From contig NMRA01001206.1 of NCBI GenBank assembly GCA_002633005.1, forward strand, positions 1-40,122: DNA of 40,122 bases. Reading direction: 5' to 3'. Origin of the DNA: Phoronis australis (lineage: Eukaryota; Animalia; Phoronida). This document shows positions 32,401 through 40,122 of this stretch, piece by piece. The position numbers and the translations under genes were made by a program. Position 1 is the first letter of the stretch. Each line of letters starts with the position of its first letter. The notes beneath the pieces are model-generated. The model made no database searches and was not told the origin of the DNA. It saw nothing but the letters and a program-made list of their open reading frames with translations.

Positions 32401-35400
32401 TTCATGATCATTGTATTTTTGTTTTTTATTTTTTATTAATTGTACTCGTCATCAATTGTTGTTCAAAATAAATCAAACTCTGTTGAAAGGTCATGGGGTC
32501 AATCTCAGAGTGAACCTATCATAATAGTTGTATCCTTGAGCCAGCCGTGTCACCTGCAATCTTCCATTCCAAGTGCCTGTATAAATGAGTACAAGCCATG
32601 GCTGAGAATGAGAGGGATTGGCACCTTGTGTAAGAAGAGTAAACTTCTGAGCCTGATGAACCTTGTGCAGTCATTTTCTATGTGATAGCTCAGTCATGAT
32701 CAAATGAGGCTGTTTTTAGGACGTTGGATCCAACTACAACGTGGTGTCAAGTGAAGAGTACCAGGAAACTGAGGCTGGCCCTTCACAGTCGCTCACTTCA
32801 GTGGATAGTTATAAGGGTAGGTACTTTACGTAAACCGGACACAGAACTAACCCACTCATGTTTGGCTCTACGCCCCCCCCCCTCCCCTATTCATATGATC
32901 AAGGCTTCCTTGAAACCGGCACCTTGCCGAGAGATCCCAGTTTTCCGTTTTCAAAATCAGAGAAATCAAATTTTGTTTTATCATTTCAAAGTGATAAATA
33001 ATTTTCTTCTTATCTGTTCTCAAAACCGAGATTTTAGAACGGCGCCACCTTCAGAAAGAATGAATACCTACTACAATGTGTCTTCTGCAAAACGATCATC
33101 AATACATGCTTTCTGGTTCCCCTACCATCTGCAGGCTTAATGACTATTTCATTTGAATGTTACCTTACTTTTCACTTGAAGTTTTTTACACAAAATGGAT
33201 ATCTCACTATACTACCAATAGTGTTAAGATGAGGCCATGTTTACAGTTTCAGGTAGGCTGTTCAGTGAAATTACATTTATATGCCTTTCTTGCAGGTAAC
33301 CAATTGTTGAGTCTCACTTCACTAAAATCAGCTGTCAGTGAGGAGCGCCCCCTACCAACAGATTTGCACTCTGCTTCAGAGGTGCCATCTGTTGTTGAAA
33401 CTGACGATGAGACCACAAAGGACAACGTTCTTGGTATGTGCTAACTATTTATACAACTTGATATTTCATTCCTAATTTGTTCCCAAAAGATATGCATGTT
33501 TTAACCTGTAGTGCCACTGGTAGACTGTATAGCAGTCGGCAGACTGGGTGCATGTTTTGGTGGGCTGACCTCCATAGGTGGTGATTTTCTTCTTTTTGAT
33601 TGTTTTCGCTGACATTCTTATGTACGCACATTATGTTGTTGTATCTTGCCATCGTATCTGTCCTGGCGTCTAGCATCCACTTCCACCGCTTTATCTCCTT
33701 ATTCCATGCATGTTCTACATGAGCTTTGGTGGGAGTGTAACATGAAAGTGACAGCACATCTGACTACTGCTGTGCCACCTGTTGGCTGTTCTTTTTATTT
33801 ATGCTGTTGGGTTTTTATAAAATCTGGCACGATGGGTTCATATTGAGGAGACTATGCTACCCAGAAATTTTGGACAGAGTTGATTGCTGCTACACCTTTA
33901 GTGGCAGTTCTAGTATTTTGGTTTCACTGTCGTGTTTTTTGGCATCTGCCAGACGATTCATAGACTTGTCATCATTTGGAGGGCTGTGTAACATGCTCCT
34001 TCTATACCTGTGCCATTTAGAATGCATATGGTGGGCACGTGTCAATGCTCTGCATTGCTCTTGTTATAAACTTTTTTGGCATACACTAGCCTGTTAACTG
34101 TTTTCCCCTAAAAACTTTGCATGTCTTTAGAAATGTTGACAATTAATGCATGATGTGGATCAGTATAGTGCAGTGAATACAAAATACGATTTAGTGAATA
34201 CAAAAACAAAACGAATACAAAATACAATGGACTGAATACAAAATACAATGGACTGAATACAAATTACAATGGACTGAATACAAAATACAATAGACTGAAT
34301 ACAAAATACAGTGGACTGAATACAAAGTAAGATGGAGAACAAACTTGTCCTTTACCTTATCAATACCTTTATTATTCCTAATAATCAGGTCTGACTACAG
34401 TTGTGTTGTTGTACCTGGTATTTGTCATTTAGGTACTGAACTCAATCACTGTTCTTTAGGTCAGTTTGGGCTGTCGACTCTTGATGATCTTGAAGAACCA
34501 GTCCAACATGCACCCCGACAGAAACCGTCGCCAGCAGGGCTATTCAGCAAGCTGGGTCTTTCCACTCTTGATGATCTTGAGGCGGTCAATGAAGCTGGCC
34601 AATCAGCAGATGATAGTGAAGGCATGCCAAGTCCTGTTCAAGACAGATACGCCAGTGACTTCGAGTCAGAGCCTAGCAACCATTCTAGACTGGAGTCTGT
34701 GAATACGATCTCTTCGGTGTCGGAGGTGAAAACGGCCAGTCCAGTCAAAAGTCACTACAGTGACGACTTTGACAGCGACCTGTCTGAGAAGGACAGTGTT
34801 CGTTCAGCTCCATCGTCCACGGTGGAGTCGAGGACTTCTAGTAAAACGAGGACAGACACGCGTCAAACTGTTGACACCCTTCATAACACTGCCAGCCTGT
34901 TGACAAAGTCATACAGTCAAGATAGCTCCACTGTGTCCAGGTCGTCTACAGTCAGTAAGTCATCAGTGAAGAGTAGATCTGCCACCAGCTACTCACAGTC
35001 GTCACGGACCAGTGCAAGCTCTCGTGTGAAGTAAGTATTATAGATACTTTCCTGTTTCATTTTATTATAAATAGAAACTTCATCTGCCAAACTGATTTTA
35101 ACGCAAACTGGTTCAGTGGTAACTTAAGCGCAAGTATTGCTCATTCAACACAACTCCAAATATTTTCAAATTTAACTGTATTTACAGAATTTTTTAGTTA
35201 ATTTTTATTATTGGTCGTGCACTCTACCATCTCAAGTGGCCGCTATGGTGAGTGACACCTGACTCATGCATTATGGGTATTCTCTCAGCAGCCGCCATTT
35301 TTTTTTTAATAAAAATCAGTAATGAAATACGGCAAGCCCAAACATAAATGAAAGTGATGTCATCCAACTGTAAAATGTGCCGGATTTAGAACACAATGTG

Positions 35401-38400
35401 GCCAACAGCCTCAATTTTATTTTCTTACTTTTTACACGAGACATATGGAACAAAATTATTGATTTGCTGTGAAACATATACTCACAATCGACCATTTTTT
35501 GTATGGAATTCTGCCCTACCTCAAATATTCCAAAGTAACTTGAAAGGTCTAGCGAAATTCATTCAAGATGCTTTGCAGCTTATAAGTATTTGTTTATAAA
35601 CTAGTCTGAAGTGGTCATATTTGAGCGTGTGCAATATGTTATGTAATGGTTTAATTATTATTAGGTGACTGGGTAAGCCCATTGAGGCTGGGGGGNNNNN
35701 NNNNNNNNNGGGGGGGGGTGTGGTGAATATTCTGTCATTGAGATTGTATTTACTGGCACCCTTATGTCACTATAATAAATAAATAAATAAATAATACAGT
35801 ATTAACTTTCCTATGATATCTTCGCGAACATTTTAAATCTGAGCGCTCACGGTAGTGTAAGAAGACCTTGAAAGGTGAGAAAAAGCGGGTTTGGTTAATA
35901 TATTTGTCCGAAGTTGATTTACCATGATAAGTAAGCTGAAAAGTCAGCTAAGTTATGGTGTTCCCATGGTTTTTGTTGGAATGAAGCATTGTGTAAGTGA
36001 AGCAGCTCAGACATGAGAAGTTTTGTGCATGTTTTGTTCTCTGCAGGCTTCATTGGAGTGCAGGTACATGCTACTTCTAATCATTGGGCTGGTTTAGTAA
36101 GGATTCAAATAAACATTTTCCAGACCTCCCAAGCACGACTCCAACAACAAGGGAGATGTTCCTTCCAAGTCAGTTGAGGTGCAGACCATAGATCCAGCTG
36201 GTTTGACATACGCATGGAACTCTGCCTTCAGTGGCCACGCTGTGGCGGGAGGTCAAGTGGGCGGAGCTTATGTTGACCCCTCCCCTATAGCTTCACATGT
36301 GGTCAGTGCTGACGCTTTGGAAGGTATGACCCTGAGTGTTAGTTGTGGGGATGGTGCATCAGTGTTAATAAGTAAAGTGACCAGGAGATTTCGAGTCATC
36401 TACGTTTTAGAGGATTGGACTGCATATGTGACTTTTTCATTGACAAAGTTGTATTGTATTCAGGTCTATTGGTTGGCATTGTATCAAACATCAATCTGGT
36501 TTTGGCTAAAATGGCTGATTTTAATTTGCGAACTCTTCATTTACGTGACCAATGAATGCACACTAAGCCTGAATATGAAAAATGTTTCAAGACTTCACAT
36601 GCGCGCACCCAGCCTAAAATAAGGGAGGCTCAAATTATGTAGTATGCGGAACTTTTGCTGAAAAAGTAGGGACTAAAGAAAACGAGGTACCACATTCAGT
36701 CTCATGAATGGTGTGTTTGCACCAAATTCCACTGGACATTTGTCTCATTTCTTTGGACTTTTTGCTTTTCTGAGGCGGGCCTTTTTGTCGATTGTCAAAT
36801 GGGGGCTCATTCGATCCCCCCGAACCCCCCTCCCCCTGGGTGTGCGCATGCTTCATTTCCAGCATTTTGTTAGTAACTGTGACGCATTTGCAGTAACGTG
36901 TCTACAATCGTCATAGCCATGTCCCATCTTTTTTGACAAAATTGTGGACTTTTGCAACGACCTTGGAGGACTTTGAAAAATGAGAAAAGAGTTATTTTTG
37001 TCAATAGTTTGTTTTCTGTGAAATGGCAAATTTTTCCTGTATATTTTATGGCAATCAACATCGTTATAATATTGCGAAGTAGTTAGTAAAGGTAGTGGCA
37101 TCAACCTATTTCCTTCGTTGTTCCTTTTTCAATGGATTGTCTGTGTTGCATGCAAAATACTAATGCCTACAAATGTGCGCACCCACGGGGGGGGGAGCTT
37201 GTTCAAGTTGGCGAAATGGGCAAAAAGATACTCATCAGAGAAACGAAAAGTCTAAAAAAGTAGAAAACGAGACAAAAGTCTGCTAAAAGGGCAGGAACTA
37301 CCAAAATTCGGTGAATGCAAAATTCATAGTTCTGAACAAAGATTCAAATTATTTGTTAGTAAAAGGTCTGCATTCTCAAAAATTCGACCCCCCATTTTAG
37401 GCTGGGTGTGTGCATGCTACACCTACTGAGACTGCTGCAAGGTCTTGGTATACTGTCTTGACATTGCTTCAGCCATGACTGCATACAGTCCTGCCATTCT
37501 GGCCCTCAACGACATGTTGAGACAACAACTCAACTTAACGAGGAACTTCATGGATATCCAACAGAGGTCCTACCAGTCAGCCATGGAGTCCATTCAGCCA
37601 AATTATGTGTACACTACTCTAGAAGATACAAAACAGGTAAGTTTTCCAAAAAAAACTGGTCGCGCAAATTTTCGGGTTCATTTCTGCGGTGATCCTCAAC
37701 TCCTTTTAACCGTATTTCTAAGGTTCAAATTGAGACCAATTCATCGTGTCAAGTAGGTCAAAAGCAAAAGTTAGTTTAAAGAGACAGTCTGGCTTACTGG
37801 ATAAGTGTCGACTTCCTTTAGCCAAGGTCATGGGTTCAACTCCCCATGTGGCACACTGCTAGACCCTTGAATCAAGTCTACCTCCTAAGCTCGGTTTTAA
37901 CTATGTATTAATAACGCATAAAAATGGCTCCAAGTGATGGGTGCAATAGGTCCACCTGAACAGCCTGCCTGCATCTATTACAACACATACCAGATCGCCT
38001 GCAATTATTGTTTAATATGTAAAAGTTAGTTTCATGTCAAAAAGTGGGTTGGAATGGAATTGGTTATGTCTTGGGGGCAGTGTTGTGGGTCAGACTTTCC
38101 AGTCACTAGAAAAATCCCATTTGAACTGGCCCCTTTCCCCCAAGCTAAGCAGTTACATTTACCCTATCCAAGGTATTCTCTTGGTAACTTAAGCTTGCAG
38201 AAAAATTTATCTGTAGCAGCATTACGTTTTTTAAGGTGAGTTTGATATTCATATTTTTTATTTTGTGTTATAATAGGGTAATATATCTGCTCCTTTTGTC
38301 AAGTTTTGATTCAGAGTGCTTCATGTTAAAAATCCAACTGATCTTGTTCCTTACCCAGTCAATGTCTTCTAGGCTTGAAATGAATTGCCTGTTGGTTGTT

Positions 38401-38678
38401 CCTTCAGATTAGTTTCATCAGTCTTACTGTCGGGGGTGTTCTGGATGAGTTGATGGAAACAGTTTCAATTCAGGATAATGAGGGCACGATGACATTACTG
38501 TGGAAGGGCAAAAGTTTTTATACCAGAATGTGGTTTGCATCATTCTGTTGTAGACAGAAAGTTGGGAAGAAAGTGTTTGCTTACATTGGTCTTTTTTCAG
38601 TATATTAAGCGGAAACAGAAACCACGCTTGACATTCAAGCAGGCATTGAAACAAGTTAAGGAAGAGATGGGTTTATGA
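29327..38678 (+). CDS. C19orf44: C19orf44-like (DUF4614) protein, about 756 aa; join(29327..29449,30890..31625,32182..32345,32720..32816,33296..33433,34460..35030,36124..36323,37473..37636,38601..38678)
   Basis: C-terminal [47 protein letters not shown]...YVYTTLEDTKQYIKRKQKPRLTFKQALKQVKEEM matches my recollection of the C19orf44/DUF4614 C-terminus. The nine exons are phase-consistent (2271 nt). Confidence 0.88.
30890..31625 (+). CDS. C19orf44: C19orf44-like Ser/Lys-rich exon
   Basis: ttgtag acceptor, 245 open codons, G|gtttgt donor. Confidence 0.85.
32182..32345 (+). CDS. C19orf44: C19orf44-like exon VKPAQALTVDTDEEDLAQFMQGLS...
   Basis: ctccag acceptor, AAG|gtgaga donor. Confidence 0.82.
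32720..32816 (+). CDS. C19orf44: C19orf44-like exon DVGSNYNVVSSEEYQETEAGPSQSLTSVDSYKG
   Basis: tttttag acceptor, G|gtaggt donor; needed to restore phase. Confidence 0.75.
33296..33433 (+). CDS. C19orf44: C19orf44-like exon GNQLLSLTSLKS...DNVLG
   Basis: ttgcag acceptor, gtatgt donor, phase 1-1. Confidence 0.8.
34170..34325. repeat. 21-bp minisatellite, about 7 copies
   Basis: Unit GAATACAAAATACAATGGACT. Confidence 0.9.
34460..35030 (+). CDS. C19orf44: C19orf44-like Ser-rich exon with GLSTLDDLE x2 and YASDFE/YSDDFD
   Basis: ctttag acceptor, gtaagt donor. Confidence 0.88.
36124..36323 (+). CDS. C19orf44: C19orf44-like DUF4614 exon ...KSVEVQT...[20 protein letters not shown]
   Basis: ttccag acceptor, gtatga donor, conserved motif. 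Confidence 0.92.
36598..36850. mobile_element. MITE, CATGCGCGCACCCAG-TIR family, copy 2
   Basis: 15-bp TIR; 5-bp target duplication CTTCA on both sides. Confidence 0.75.
37172..37416. mobile_element. MITE, same family, copy 3, opposite orientation to copy 2
   Basis: AATGTGCGCACCCAC ... CTGGGTGTGTGCATG; 5-bp target duplication CTACA. Confidence 0.7.
37473..37636 (+). CDS. C19orf44: C19orf44-like DUF4614 exon [20 protein letters not shown]...TTLEDTKQ
   Basis: cttcag acceptor, CAG|gtaagt donor. Confidence 0.93.
37781..37900 (+). mobile_element. tRNA-derived SINE relic
   Basis: A box TGGCTTACTGG, B box GGTTCAACTCC, then a CCCTTGA..CAAG core-like motif. Confidence 0.55.
38601..38678 (+). CDS. 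C19orf44: C19orf44-like last coding exon YIKRKQKPRLTFKQALKQVKEEMGL-stop
   Basis: tttttcag acceptor, TGA. Confidence 0.9.
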   Translation, partial: YIKRKQKPRLTFKQALKQVKEEMGL

Positions 38679-38698
38679 CTTGTGTGTGTTTATGTGTC

Positions 38699-38798
38699 TG
38701 ACGGTGTGTGTTGCGCTCCTACAGTGAACTGGATACTTTAGGACATTCTGATGGTGTACTGCGCTCGTACAGTGAGCTGGATACTTTAGGACATTCTA
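38699..38798. repeat. About 50-bp tandem duplication in the C19orf44-like 3'UTR
   Basis: TGCGCTCxTACAGTGAxCTGGATACTTTAGGACATTCT x2. Confidence 0.85.
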
Positions 38799-39109
38799 TT
38801 GTAGATCTCAGGTTGGTGCCGTGTTTACTACCACTCTTGTTTTGATGAAATCACAGAAAATTATGATAAATTAGATTTTGATTGCAATTCCGTGTCCTAG
38901 GATGTTCTCAACTTCAGAAGTACCAGGTTATTGAATGATATAGTTTTACCAACGACTGGAGATTGAATCTTATACGACTTGTATTGTGTTTGCATGAAAG
39001 GCAACATGTTTTTGTGGACAAAATTTGAACCAGTAATTTGATAAAGTGGACCAATTTTCAGATGCTCGTGTGGAAGTTTCTAATGGGTAATGCTCCTACA
39101 TGTATGAAA

Positions 39110-39270
39110 AGAGCTAGAGTTGACAGGTCCTTATGGCTTGAGACCACGCCCATGAACAGCTGAGATGAGAGCACAGTTCCTTATGGCTTCAGACCACTCC
39201 GATGAACTGCTGAGGAAGAGTTGACAGGTCGTTATGGCGGTAGACCATGCCCATGAACTTGTAGTGATGT
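39110..39270. repeat. About 50-bp degenerate tandem repeat, 3 copies
   Basis: ACAGGTCCTTATGGCTTGAGACCACGCCCATGAAC variants. Confidence 0.75.
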
Positions 39271-39722
39271 TGGCCATACATTGAAGAGTAAATACGCAAG
39301 TGTGAAGAAATTGTCCTTTTAACACCAGAATGTGGTTCATGGCTTTTAGATCACTGAACACTGAATATCTTGAAATCTTGAAACTGTTACTAATAAGCTT
39401 GTCTGAATATCTTCTTCAAAGTGACATTGTGCAATAAACCTTGAAACTGTTACTAAGAAGCTTGTCTGAATATCCAGTGGCGGATCTAGAATATCACAAG
39501 GGGGGGGGCCCAACATTTTGTCCGGTTGGAACCATTATCGGCTGGAAGCATTTGCGCAAACCGAACCACGATTGTAGATGCGCATAGCACCGACTGGGGG
39601 AGGTCCCTCCCGCCCAGGAAATTTTTCTGTTTTTACCTCTAAAAATCAAGCATTTGCCTTCATTCCTGAAGTATTATCCAAGAAAAAAAGGCAAAAAAAA
39701 ACACGGAGAACGTGTCAAACAG

Positions 39723-39800
39723 GAAAAAAAACGCAAGTGTCAAAGACTCGAACTCACGACCTAGAGTGTTAAGCGCGCACGTTACCACTACACCACCACG
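39723..39800 (-). pseudogene. tRNA-like Pol III relic (A and B boxes plus poly-T)
   Basis: Minus strand reads GGTGGTGTAGTGGTAAC...GAGTTCGAGTC...TTTTTTTT; no intact anticodon or acceptor stem. Confidence 0.45.
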
Positions 39801-40122
39801 ATTTACCTACAACTCTCCTACTAAAAGACTTACTTGTTTATGGGCCACAGCGTTTGCGCGCGTAACCTACTTCTTTTTGTAATGTTTATTATACGTTTTA
39901 TATTTTGTGCCATCTATTCTTAACAAATTTGTCGTATTTGAAATAGTCTTCAAATGTCCAAAAGACCAAATCCATTTTTCGTGTTGGCAATAATGACGGA
40001 TTGCTTTGGAAACCGTCTTAAGATAAGGTTTGACAAAGAGAGTATCGCGAGTTTCTGAGTGATTCACTAAGGCTTCGATTAAAATTCACATCTTACCAGC
40101 AGCTTCTGTTTTTTTCATCGCC

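Noticed and set aside
35691-35718. G-quadruplex or poly-G element
   Set aside because: Interrupted by an N gap, so true length and sequence are unknown
39735-39800. Functional tRNA gene
   Set aside because: A and B boxes are present but the anticodon and acceptor stems do not pair

Overview
Eukaryotic genomic DNA from an animal, most likely a non-vertebrate bilaterian, with GT-AG spliced genes and two assembly gaps (n at 22918; 35696-35709). Three genes were reconstructed by hand with phase-consistent exons. (1) A Disabled (Dab1/Dab2-type) PTB adaptor on +, 5'-partial, 1..15603, with an alternative last exon at 17263-17307. (2) Calreticulin on -, 26146..20353, ending HDEL; about two P-domain exons fall in the gap at 22918. 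(3) A C19orf44/DUF4614 homolog on +, 29327..38678, about 756 aa, head-to-head with calreticulin across a compact ERSE/UPR-type promoter. Introns hold many minisatellites, MITEs, a Helentron-like element and tRNA-derived relics. The main observations are the calreticulin-C19orf44 divergent pair (from memory, also the human CALR3-C19orf44 arrangement), splice-junction-built YxVP phosphotyrosine motifs in Dab, and a splice-switchable EPIYA-like C-terminus (EEPLYAVVNKTKKS) on Dab. No prokaryotic systems were seen.
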